Shown: positions 27,919 to 36,857 of the stretch, one piece after another | Layout: each line of letters begins with the position of its first letter | Numbering within the stretch: position 1 is the stretch's first letter | Assembly (NCBI GenBank): GCA_963845565.1 | Contig: CAWJSJ010000002.1 | Coordinates: 1,696,001-1,760,000, forward strand | Length of the DNA stretch: 64,000 nucleotides | Direction: 5' to 3' | Source of the DNA: an uncultured Methylomirabilota bacterium | GTDB lineage: Bacteria > Methylomirabilota > Methylomirabilia > Methylomirabilales > 2-02-FULL-66-22 | The notes under the pieces: generated by a model | What the model saw: only the letters and a program-made list of their open reading frames with translations | Databases searched by the model: none | What the model was told of the DNA's origin: nothing | Made by a program: the position numbers and the translations under genes

Positions 27919-29661
27919 TCAGGAGCCGACTGGACCGGATGGGACCGCGATGCCCCAGCGCCGCATCTTTCGCCAGAGCGTCGTGCGATCCATTCCGAGC
28001 CGAGCCGCCGCGAGGCCGCGATTCCACCGGGTGGACTCCAGCGCGCGGAGCAGATGCGCCTTTTCATCCGCCGCGGGGACCGGAGTCCTGGATGGGTCCG
28101 GGCGCTGTGGGTCGCTCTTTGGGCTCGCCAGGATCGAGCGAGGCAGGGTGTCCGGCTCGATCATGCCACCCCGGGAGCAAACCATAGCATGCTCCAGGGC
28201 GTTCTCCAATTCACGGATGTTTCCCGGCCAGTCATGGTCTAGGAGAACGGACATGGTGTGCGGCGAGACGGCCAGGGCCCTCCCCTTGGCTTTGGCGGCG
28301 AAGCGATCCAGCAGGGATTCGACCAGCGCCGGGATGTCGGCCTTGCGTTCCCGTAAAGCGGGGATGTGGATCGGGATCACGTTGAGACGATAGTACAGGT
28401 CCTCGCGAAACCTCCGTTCGCGCATCAGTTGGGGCAGGTCGCGATGCGTGGCGGCAATCACCCGGACGTCCACCTGGATGGTCTCGTTGCCTCCGAGCCG
28501 TTCGAATTGCTGCTCCTGGAGCACGCGCAGCAGCTTGACCTGGACGGTCGGGCTCAGATCACCGATCTCGTCGAGAAAGATGGTGCCTTTGTCCGCCAAC
28601 TCGAAACGCCCCTTCCGCTCCTTGATGGCGCCCGTGAAGGCGCCCTTTTCATGGCCGAACAGCTCGCTTTCCAGGAGCGTTTCGGGAAGCGCGGCGCAGC
28701 TCACTTTGACGAACGGGTGGCGCTCCCGTGGGCTGAGGTAGTGCAGGGCGTGGGCGAAGAGGTCCTTGCCTGTTCCGCTCTCTCCCTGGAGCAGGACCGT
28801 GGAGTCGCTGTCCTTGATCATCTCCACCAGATCGAAGATCTCGCGCATTCGGGGGTGCGCCCCGATGATTTGCAGGAAGGGGGTTCGCCGTCGGCGCTCG
28901 TCCACGATCTGCTCGATCTCCCGAAGATCGCGGAAGGTGCAGACGGCGCCGAGCGTAGACCCAGCCTCGTCGCGGAACGGGCCGGTGCAGACGCTGAGCG
29001 GGATCGTCCTTCCGCTCGGTCCAACGATGGCGAGCTCCCGATTGCGGACGACCCGGCCTGTCCGCAGCGTCTCCTGGAGGGGCGAGGCCGCGCCGCAGAT
29101 CTCGGCCGGGAGGAGGTCTGCGCAGGGCTTGCCCAGGACCGTGCCGGCCCGGCGATCCAGGACGCGCTCGGCGGTGCGATTCAAGCTGGTGATCCCACCG
29201 TCTCGATCCACGGTGAAGACGCCCTCGGCGATGGAGTCGAGGACCGCTTGCACCTTGTTGCGCTGCTCGCGCAGCTCGTCGATCAGGCGATTGATGTGCG
29301 TGACCACGCGGATGGTCTCCACCACGCCGACCACATCCCCCTTGGCGTTCTTGAGGGGGGAGGTGTTGATGCAGATGGGGGTGTCCGTTCCGGAGGCGTC
29401 CTTGGCCAGGACGTTGAACGTGGTCACGGTCTCGCCGCCCCGGAATGAGCGCTCGAAGGGGCAGCGCGCCGTGGCGCAGATTTCGCTCTGGAGGATCTGG
29501 CCGCACGACCGGCCGACGGCTGAGGTCTCGGGATGCCCCGTGAGGGTCTCGGCCGGTGCGTTCAGGGTGATGAGTCGCTGCTCGGCGTCAATGGTCAGGA
29601 CGGAGTCAGGGATGCTCCGCAGGATGTCCAAGACGTTGAGGGGTTCGATCGAAATGGGCAT
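27919..29661 (-). CDS. sigma54-dependent activator (PAS-PAS-AAA+-Fis HTH)
   Basis: Two PAS domains, GESGTGKD, ESELFGHEKGAFTGA, FLDEIGD, WPGNIRELEN and AAARLGMDRTTLWRK motifs. Confidence 0.95.
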   Translation of the reverse strand: MPISIEPLNVLDILRSIPDSVLTIDAEQRLITLNAPAETLTGHPETSAVGRSCGQILQSEICATARCPFERSFRGGETVTTFNVLAKDASGTDTPICINTSPLKNAKGDVVGVVETIRVVTHINRLIDELREQRNKVQAVLDSIAEGVFTVDRDGGITSLNRTAERVLDRRAGTVLGKPCADLLPAEICGAASPLQETLRTGRVVRNRELAIVGPSGRTIPLSVCTGPFRDEAGSTLGAVCTFRDLREIEQIVDERRRRTPFLQIIGAHPRMREIFDLVEMIKDSDSTVLLQGESGTGKDLFAHALHYLSPRERHPFVKVSCAALPETLLESELFGHEKGAFTGAIKERKGRFELADKGTIFLDEIGDLSPTVQVKLLRVLQEQQFERLGGNETIQVDVRVIAATHRDLPQLMRERRFREDLYYRLNVIPIHIPALRERKADIPALVESLLDRFAAKAKGRALAVSPHTMSVLLDHDWPGNIRELENALEHAMVCSRGGMIEPDTLPRSILASPKSDPQRPDPSRTPVPAADEKAHLLRALESTRWNRGLAAARLGMDRTTLWRKMRRWGIAVPSGPVGS

Positions 29662-29889
29662 CGCGCACCTCGGGGTTCGCGCCCCGGCTCGGACGATCCA
29701 GGACGGGCCTCGCAGATCGTCGCGGGGCTGATGGGGCGTATCGAAGGGAGTGTAGCATGCTACCGCAAGATGGCAATCGGTCCGGAAGGTGTCGTTCGGG
29801 TCGGCGGACAGGCGGCGGTTCGGAGTCGGTTGCGACATCGGCACCAGGCTCCGGGCGGCTGCCGGGGCCTGGTGCCGCGAATGCGTCGC

Positions 29890-30870
29890 TCAGTCCACCT
29901 TGATCCCGAACTTCTTGAACTTCTCGGTCTTGCTCTTGTCGAAGGCGAGAGCGTTCTCCTTGGTGATCACGGTGGCCATGCCCGAGCCGACCAGCGTGTC
30001 TTTGGGCGGTTTCTGATCCTTCAGCAGGTACTTGGCCGTCAGATCCACGGCCACGAAGCCCTGGTCGAAGCCGTTGCTGTCCACGGTGCCGGCCATCTCA
30101 CCCTTCTGAATGGCCTCCAGGGTCTCAGGGATGGCATCGATGCCCACCACCATCATCTTGCGTCGGGCATCCTTGATGGCCTCCTTGGCACCGAGCGCCA
30201 TGGCGTCGTTGGCGCAGAGGACCATATCGATCTCCGGGAAGCGGGTCAGGAGATCCTCCATGACCTTCATGGCCTGCTGGCGATTGTACTTGGCCGTGGT
30301 CGAGGCCAGGACCTTTATCCCCGAGGCCTTCTTGAGCGTCTCCGTCACCCCCTGCTGGCGCTCGATGGCGGAGGAGGCACCCGTCGTTCCTTCCAGGATC
30401 ACCACGTTGCCTTTGCCTTTCAGGGTGTCCACAGCCCACTGACCCTGGATGCGGCCGAGCTGCACATGGTCGATGCCGGCGAAACCGATCACCTCGCCGC
30501 CGGTCGCCAGGGTGTTCAGGTTGAAGACGGGGATGCGAGCCTTGTTGGCCCGCTCGATACCCGAGACGATACCCGCGCCGTCGATGGGCACGATGACGAT
30601 GGCGTCCACCTTCTTTTGAATCAGGTCTTCCATGATTCGGATCTGGTTGTCCACGGCGTACTTCTCCGGGGCCAGGACGGTGACCCGGATGCCATGCTGC
30701 TTCCCCGCGGACTCGCCGCCCCACTTCATCTCCACGAAGAAGCGGTTGGTGAGGTCTTTGACCACCAGGGCCACGTGGACATCCTTGGGATCCTTGGCCG
30801 CCAGCGCGACCCCGGCAAGGGCCACGACGCCGACCAGCGCCAGACATGCGAACCGCACAAACCGTTTCAT
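29890..30870 (-). CDS. Monosaccharide ABC transporter substrate-binding protein (RbsB-like)
   Basis: Signal peptide, NRFFVEM, VDAIVIVP, CANDAMALGA and VVGID motifs. Confidence 0.9.
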   Translation of the reverse strand: MKRFVRFACLALVGVVALAGVALAAKDPKDVHVALVVKDLTNRFFVEMKWGGESAGKQHGIRVTVLAPEKYAVDNQIRIMEDLIQKKVDAIVIVPIDGAGIVSGIERANKARIPVFNLNTLATGGEVIGFAGIDHVQLGRIQGQWAVDTLKGKGNVVILEGTTGASSAIERQQGVTETLKKASGIKVLASTTAKYNRQQAMKVMEDLLTRFPEIDMVLCANDAMALGAKEAIKDARRKMMVVGIDAIPETLEAIQKGEMAGTVDSNGFDQGFVAVDLTAKYLLKDQKPPKDTLVGSGMATVITKENALAFDKSKTEKFKKFGIKVD

Positions 30871-30914
30871 GATGCGTCCTCCTCTCCTCTCCGACAGGTT
30901 GTGAGTGCACTGCC

Positions 30915-31043
30915 AGCAGGCTGCTGAAAAAGGCCCATCTGCCGCGTTGGCGCGCTCGCGCGGCGCTGCCGCGTACCGCTTCAGTACGCCTCGCACCTCG
31001 CATCACGCGCCGCCTTGCATCTGGACCTTTTTGAGCAGCCCTG
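30915..31043 (+). repeat. Repeat family B copy 2 (MITE-like)
   Basis: AGCAGGCTGCTGAAAAAGG...CCTTTTTGAGCAGCCCTG inverted ends; homologous to 63301-63426. Confidence 0.8.
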
Positions 31044-31066
31044 TTGGTTCCGATTCACCACACGAG

Positions 31067-32002
31067 TCACCTCGCAACCTTCCCGCGCTTCTGAGTGAGG
31101 TGGTCGATGAGGACCGCCAGGATGATGACAAAGCCAATAAAAAAGTCCTGGAACCGAGCCGGCAAGCCCAGGAGGTTCACGCAGTTCCCCACGACGGCCA
31201 TGACGATCCCGCCCAGGACGAGACCCAGGATGTTCCCCTCGCCGCCGGAGAAGGCGATGCCGCCGATGACGGCCACCGCGATCCCCTCCAGCGGCCACAT
31301 CATTCCCAGGTCGGCGTCGGCGGCGTTCAGCCGGGCGATGTAGATCAGCCCGGACAGGCTCGCCAGGAGGCCCGAGAGCGCATAGACGTGAATGATGTTC
31401 CGATCGGCGGCCAGGCCCGAGAAGCGGGCGGCTTCCGCGTTGGCCCCCACGGCATACGTGATCCGCCCGAAGGTGGTCTTGGTCAGGACCAGGTGCAGCA
31501 AACCCAGGACGGCGGCGCCGACCACCACCGGCATGGGGATGGGGCCGACGAAGCTCTTGCCGAGCCACGTGAAGCTTGCGGGGAAGCCATGGATGGAGGT
31601 GCCTTGCGTATAGGTCAAGGCCAGGCCGCGGACGATGAACATCATACTGAAGGTCATGATGAAGAAGGGGAGCTTCAGCTTGGCGATCATTATCCCGTTC
31701 ATCAGTCCGCCCAGGGCGCCAACCGCGAGGCCCGCCATAATGCCCAGGGCCACGTGGCCGTGAACGATCAACGTCGCCGCCAGGCAAGAGGAGAGGGCGG
31801 CCACGGCGCCGATGGACAAGTCCAGCCCAGCCACCAGCATACTCAGGGAGACGCCCGTGGCGACCAGGGCCAGGAGAAATGCTTGTCGCAGGAGGTTGAT
31901 CAGGTTGGACTCCGTCCCGAAACGCGGCACGAGAATCCACGCGGCGGCCAGAATCACGGCCACGGCACCCAAGCGGTAGAGACCCCGAGTCGAGAGCTTC
32001 AC
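31067..32002 (-). CDS. Monosaccharide ABC transporter permease (RbsC-like)
   Basis: GLDLSIG, FGRITYAVGANAEAARFSG and IAVAVIGG motifs. Confidence 0.92.
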   Translation of the reverse strand: MKLSTRGLYRLGAVAVILAAAWILVPRFGTESNLINLLRQAFLLALVATGVSLSMLVAGLDLSIGAVAALSSCLAATLIVHGHVALGIMAGLAVGALGGLMNGIMIAKLKLPFFIMTFSMMFIVRGLALTYTQGTSIHGFPASFTWLGKSFVGPIPMPVVVGAAVLGLLHLVLTKTTFGRITYAVGANAEAARFSGLAADRNIIHVYALSGLLASLSGLIYIARLNAADADLGMMWPLEGIAVAVIGGIAFSGGEGNILGLVLGGIVMAVVGNCVNLLGLPARFQDFFIGFVIILAVLIDHLTQKRGKVAR

Positions 32003-33001
32003 TCAGGCCTCCTCGGTGGAGGCGGGCGCTCCGAAGAGGCGCCGCTTCAGATCACGGAGGAACTCAACCAGATTCTGGTTCTCCGTGACGTAGGCCAGGA
32101 TCAGGACCACGCCGATGAACACGAGCTGCAGATAGAGATTGACCCCGACCATGTTAAGACCGTTGCGGAGCATCGCGATCAGCGTCACGCCGACGAGGGT
32201 CTGGGCCACGCCTCCCTTGCCGCCCATCAGCGATGTCCCGCCCACGACCACGGCCGCGATGGAATCGAACTCATAGCCGATGGTGTCGATGGCCTGGGCG
32301 GCATTGGAGCGGGCCAAGAAGAGCACGCCCGCCAGCCCGGCCATGAACCCAGAGAACGCGTAGATCAGGCTCTTGTGGAGTCGGACCCGGATGCCCGAGA
32401 GGTGTGCCGCCCCCTCGTTGCCGCCGATGGCGTAGGTGGCGATGCCCTGGGGGGTGGCCTTGAGGAACGTGTGAAGGACCAGGAGAACGGCGGCCACCAA
32501 GAGGAGCGGCGCTGGCAGCCCCAGGAATTCCCCGTCATGGAGAACCCGCAGGGTGGCAGGGAACCCGGTCAGGACCCGTTCCTCGGTGATGATCAGGGCG
32601 GCACCCAGCGCCATGCCCCACATGCCGAAGGTGGGCACGAAGGGGTTGAGCCCCAGGAAGCTGTGCACGAGGCCGTTCACCAGCCCGCAGAGGGCCGCCA
32701 CCCCGACACCGACGGCGGCGGCCAGGACGGGTGCCAGGTGGGCCTTGAGCATTAACGTGGCGGTGACGCACGAGGTGAGGCCCATGACCGCGCCCACCGA
32801 GAGATCGATGCCGGCAAGCAGGATGACGAACGTCTGGCCAAAAGCCACCAGGGCCAGGACGCTGGCCTGGCGGATGATGTTGACCGCGTTGGAGAGCGAG
32901 AAGAAGTTTTCGGAAAGCAGCGAGAACACCCCAATCATCCCCAGGCATATGATGATCGGCCCGGAGACGACCGACGCGAGCCTCGCGGCCAGGCGTGGCA
33001 T
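32003..33001 (-). CDS. Monosaccharide ABC transporter permease (RbsC-like)
   Basis: GIDLSVG, YAIGGNEGAAHLSG and IAAVVVGGTSLMGGKG motifs. Confidence 0.92.
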   Translation of the reverse strand: MPRLAARLASVVSGPIIICLGMIGVFSLLSENFFSLSNAVNIIRQASVLALVAFGQTFVILLAGIDLSVGAVMGLTSCVTATLMLKAHLAPVLAAAVGVGVAALCGLVNGLVHSFLGLNPFVPTFGMWGMALGAALIITEERVLTGFPATLRVLHDGEFLGLPAPLLLVAAVLLVLHTFLKATPQGIATYAIGGNEGAAHLSGIRVRLHKSLIYAFSGFMAGLAGVLFLARSNAAQAIDTIGYEFDSIAAVVVGGTSLMGGKGGVAQTLVGVTLIAMLRNGLNMVGVNLYLQLVFIGVVLILAYVTENQNLVEFLRDLKRRLFGAPASTEEA

Positions 33002-33006
33002 GCGGT

Positions 33007-34497
33007 TTACCCTCCCACCGCGCATTTGAGGATGCGCTCCTGACTGGCCTCGTGGTGGGTGAACTCGCCGCCGATCCGGCCGTCCCTCATGACGTAGATA
33101 CGATCGCTCATGCCCAGGATCTCCGGCATCTCCGAGGAGATCATGACGATAGGCGTGCCCTGGGCCACCAACTCGTCCATGAGACGGTGGATTTCCAGCT
33201 TGGCCCCCACGTCGATGCCCCGGGTGGGCTCGTCCAGGATGAAGAGCTTGGCGTGCGTGGCGAGCCACTTGGCCAGGACCACCTTCTGCTGGTTTCCGCC
33301 GGACAGGTTCTGGACAAGCTGGCTCAGGCTGGGGGTCTGGATCCGGAGGCGCGTGACGAACTCCTGCGCCACGGCCCGCTCGCGGCCCGCATCGATCCAG
33401 AGGCGTGGAAAGAGGCGTTGGATGGCCGCCAGGATGATGTTGTCCGAGACCGACCGAATCTGGAACAGGCCGAGGGCCTTGCGGTCCTCGGTCAGGAACG
33501 CCAACCCGAGTTTGGTGGCCGTGAGAGGTGAGTCCATGCGTACGGGCTTCCCGAACACGCGGATTTCCCCCGAATCGGGCCGGTCGATGCCGAAGATGAC
33601 CCGGGCCAGGGCGGTCCGGCCGGACCCGACCAGCCCGGAGAGGCCGACGATCTCGCCCCGATGGACCGTGAGGCTGACGTCATGAAGGGCGCCCTGCAGG
33701 GAGAGGTTCCGGATCTCCAGCGCCACCTCGCCCGGGGGACGGCGGTGGCGGGGGAACTGATCCTTGAGCTCGCGCCCGACCATCATCTGGATCAGGTCGT
33801 CCACGGTGACCTCGGCCACCGCCCGCGTGCCGATCAGGTGACCGTCCCGCAGGACGGTGACCCGGTCGCCGATCTCCCGGATCTCTTCCAGGCGATGCGA
33901 GATGTAGATGATGCCCATGCCCTGCTGCTTGAGCAGGCGGATCGTCGCGAAAAGCGCCGCGGTTTCCTTCTCGGCCAACGTACCGGTGGGCTCGTCGAAG
34001 ATGACGATGCGGGCCTCCATGGAGAGCGCCTTCGCCACCTCGACCATCTGCTGCTGTGGCACCGAGAGGGTCTTGACCTGGGCGTCGGGGTCGAGGTGCT
34101 GGCCCAGGGAGGCGAGGAGCGTCGCACTGCGGCGGCGGGCCGCCTCGGTGTCCACCAACAGCCCGCCGACCCGTCGGGGCTCGCGCCCCAGCAGGATGTT
34201 CTGGGCCACGGTCAGTTCGGGGATGAGGTTCATCTCCTGGTAAATCGTGGCCACGCCTAGATCCTGAGCGGCGCGGACGGACGCAATGGAAACGTCCTGA
34301 CCGTCCAGAAGGAAACGGCCCCCGTCTTTCGGATAGACGCCGGAGAGGAGTTTGATCAGGGTGGATTTGCCGGCCCCGTTTTCCCCGATGAGGACGTGGA
34401 CCTCGCCGGCACGGAGATCGAAGTCCACCTGGTGGAGGGCCGTCACACCGGGGAACGACTTGGAGACACCTTCGACTCGGAGGAGCGGCTCGGCCAT
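33007..34497 (-). CDS. Monosaccharide ABC transporter ATP-binding protein (RbsA-like)
   Basis: GENGAGKST, DEPT, LSGGNQQKV and DEPTRGIDVGAK motifs. Confidence 0.95.
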   Translation of the reverse strand: MAEPLLRVEGVSKSFPGVTALHQVDFDLRAGEVHVLIGENGAGKSTLIKLLSGVYPKDGGRFLLDGQDVSIASVRAAQDLGVATIYQEMNLIPELTVAQNILLGREPRRVGGLLVDTEAARRRSATLLASLGQHLDPDAQVKTLSVPQQQMVEVAKALSMEARIVIFDEPTGTLAEKETAALFATIRLLKQQGMGIIYISHRLEEIREIGDRVTVLRDGHLIGTRAVAEVTVDDLIQMMVGRELKDQFPRHRRPPGEVALEIRNLSLQGALHDVSLTVHRGEIVGLSGLVGSGRTALARVIFGIDRPDSGEIRVFGKPVRMDSPLTATKLGLAFLTEDRKALGLFQIRSVSDNIILAAIQRLFPRLWIDAGRERAVAQEFVTRLRIQTPSLSQLVQNLSGGNQQKVVLAKWLATHAKLFILDEPTRGIDVGAKLEIHRLMDELVAQGTPIVMISSEMPEILGMSDRIYVMRDGRIGGEFTHHEASQERILKCAVGG

Positions 34498-34587
34498 GTT
34501 CCCTCGCGGGGACCCGAATGGCGTGCTGCACTACACCGCGCCAGGATGGCGCTGGGGAACGCAACGCAGCACGCCGGAATGTGGCGG

Positions 34588-34616
34588 AGCATGCCCAAGG
34601 CATCGCCCCGTGTCAA
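34588..34616 (-). promoter_or_regulatory. sigma70-type promoter of sugar ABC operon
   Basis: TTGACA-N17-CATGCT. Confidence 0.5.
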
Positions 34617-34852
34617 GCGGACAAGCCAGCTTTGTACAGCGAAGCCGACCTCCGACCTCGACGCTGCCCCCAGGCCGGTGTTTTCTCCCGGGAGTGGACG
34701 GGCAGGGCGATAGCACAGTCGACAGATCCAGGAGGCAGCGGTGGGAACGAAAGGGAAAAAGAAACGCCGTCGGGGGGGTTGCATCCCGACGGCATGGGAG
34801 GCTTCGACTTTACGGATGGAGACGAGCCCTTGCGGCCCTCACGACCCTTCGT

Positions 34853-35350
34853 TCAATCGATCGCGGCCGGTTCCTCCAATCCTTTCTCCGCTTCCTTGAG
34901 GAGGAGGACTCGGTCGGCGGCCTCCTCGAGATATGTGATCCCGAGGCGTTCTTCCGCCAGCATGAAACCCACCTCTTCTTCCAGGAACATGTGGTGGAGG
35001 AATTCCTTCACGAGGCCCACGCCTTTCTCGCGCACCAGCGGGGCGAGCTCGGCGCCGATCGGGTTTCTGGTCAGTGCCTTGAACTCGTTCAGGCGAGCGT
35101 CCAGGTCCCGGTGTTCCTGCTCCATCTGGGCGACCACGCCCGCCGCATCGGGGCCGGTCTTCGCCAGCGGCGCGAAGATCCAGCGTTCCTCGGAGCCCCA
35201 GTATTCCCGGAGCTCGATCTCCAGGTAATTGGCGAGGTTCTTGGCGACGATGCCCCAGTTCGGGGTCTCCATGAGAAGGGCCCGGTCCAGCGACACCAGG
35301 GCCTTGCGGATGGTGCGATGATTTCGCCGGAAGATCTCGGTGGCGGTCAT
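34853..35350 (-). CDS. Hemerythrin/HHE-domain protein
   Basis: NHRTI, EERWIF, EHRDL and HMFLEEEVGF motifs; AGGAG RBS. Confidence 0.75.
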   Translation of the reverse strand: MTATEIFRRNHRTIRKALVSLDRALLMETPNWGIVAKNLANYLEIELREYWGSEERWIFAPLAKTGPDAAGVVAQMEQEHRDLDARLNEFKALTRNPIGAELAPLVREKGVGLVKEFLHHMFLEEEVGFMLAEERLGITYLEEAADRVLLLKEAEKGLEEPAAID

Positions 35351-35373
35351 GTGAGACTCCTGTTTGCGACGGC

Positions 35374-35427
35374 GAGCCACGAGCCACGAGCCGAGAGCCG
35401 AGAGCCGAGAGCCGAGAGCCGAGCCGA
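35374..35427. repeat. Heptamer tandem repeat (GAGCCAC)2(GAGCCGA)5 + partial
   Basis: Direct reading of 35374-35427. Confidence 0.85.
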
Positions 35428-35492
35428 GAACTTACGGAAGAGTCTATCACCAAATTGAGGGGCGTGCACCTGGAACGATGTGCGGCGGGCGA

Positions 35493-36857
35493 TCAGTCCC
35501 CGTTGAGTCTTAGGCCGTACCGCCGGATCTTCCGATAGAGCGTCCGGCGATCGATCCCCAGGATGGTGGCCGCACGGATCTGGTGGCCCTTGGTGCGCTG
35601 CAGGATCATGGCGATGTAGTCTCGCTCCAGATCTTCCAGTGTGGCCTCCCTGGTCAGCGCCCGCTCCAGGGGGTTGGCCCCGCCCGCCAGGTGCGTCGGC
35701 AGGTCAGTGGACAACACGGCCGGGCCATGTCCCAGCGTGACGGCGCGCTCGATCACGTTTTCCAGTTCGCGCACGTTGCCGGGCCAGGCGTGGCTCATCA
35801 GGACGGCCATGGCCTCCTTCGAGATCTCTCGGATGGCCGGGTTGGACTCCTGGGCGAACTTCTGGACGAAGTGGTTGGCCAGGAGGGGGATATCCTCCTG
35901 GCGGTCCTTGAGGTCGGGGAGCGTGATCGGCACCACGTTCAGCCGGTAGTACAGATCCTCGCGGAAGGTCCCCTCCTCGACGGCTTTCTTCAGGTCCCGG
36001 TTGGTGGCGGCGATGACCCGGACGTCGATCTTGATGGTCCGGGTGCCGCCGACCCGCTCCACCTCGCGCTCCTGAAGGGCCCGGAGGATCTTCGCCTGCA
36101 GGTCCAGGCGCATGGAGCCTACCTCGTCCAGGAAGAGGCTCCCCCCGGTGGCGAGCTCGAACTTTCCCACCTTGGTGGCGATGGCCCCGGTGAAGGACCC
36201 CTTCTCGTGACCGAAGAGCTCCGACTCCAGGAGCTCCGCCGGGATGGCGGCGCAGTTGACGGCGACGAAGGCCCGGGTGGAGCGCGGGCTGTTATAGTGA
36301 ATGGCCTTGGCGACCAGCTCCTTGCCTGTCCCGCTCTTGCCATAGACCATCACCGTGCTGCGGCTCCCCGCTACCTGTTCGATGAGGCCAAAGATCTCCT
36401 GCATGGCCCGGCTCTTTCCGATCAAGTTCTCGAAGTGATACCGGGTGCGCAGCTCCTGCCGAAGGCTGCTGACCTCGTGGCGCAGACGCCGCTCGTCCAG
36501 CGCCTTCTCGATGGTGAGGAGCATCTCGTCGATCTTGAAGGGTTTGTTGATGTAATCGTAGGCCCCCTCCTTGACCGCCTGAACCGCCTGATCGATGGAG
36601 CCGAACGCGGTCATGATGATGACCACGATATCGGGGTTCAGCTCTTTGATCGCCCGCAAGGCCTCCATGCCGCTCAGGCCTGGCATCCGGACATCGGTGA
36701 CGACGAGATCCGCCGGCTCCCGTTCCAGGAAGGCGAGGGCGTCCACGCCGTTTCCGCAGACGGACACCTGGTAGCCTTTGCGCTCCAGGACCTTGACCAA
36801 CAGGTCTCGCATCTGTTCTTCGTCGTCCACCACCAGGATACGCTCGTGCGGTGTCAT
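35493..36857 (-). CDS. sigma54-dependent response regulator (NtrC/AtoC-like)
   Basis: Receiver VVDDE/DVRMP, GKSGTGKE, GSFTGA, WPGNVRELEN and HTH motifs. Confidence 0.95.
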   Translation of the reverse strand: MTPHERILVVDDEEQMRDLLVKVLERKGYQVSVCGNGVDALAFLEREPADLVVTDVRMPGLSGMEALRAIKELNPDIVVIIMTAFGSIDQAVQAVKEGAYDYINKPFKIDEMLLTIEKALDERRLRHEVSSLRQELRTRYHFENLIGKSRAMQEIFGLIEQVAGSRSTVMVYGKSGTGKELVAKAIHYNSPRSTRAFVAVNCAAIPAELLESELFGHEKGSFTGAIATKVGKFELATGGSLFLDEVGSMRLDLQAKILRALQEREVERVGGTRTIKIDVRVIAATNRDLKKAVEEGTFREDLYYRLNVVPITLPDLKDRQEDIPLLANHFVQKFAQESNPAIREISKEAMAVLMSHAWPGNVRELENVIERAVTLGHGPAVLSTDLPTHLAGGANPLERALTREATLEDLERDYIAMILQRTKGHQIRAATILGIDRRTLYRKIRRYGLRLNGD

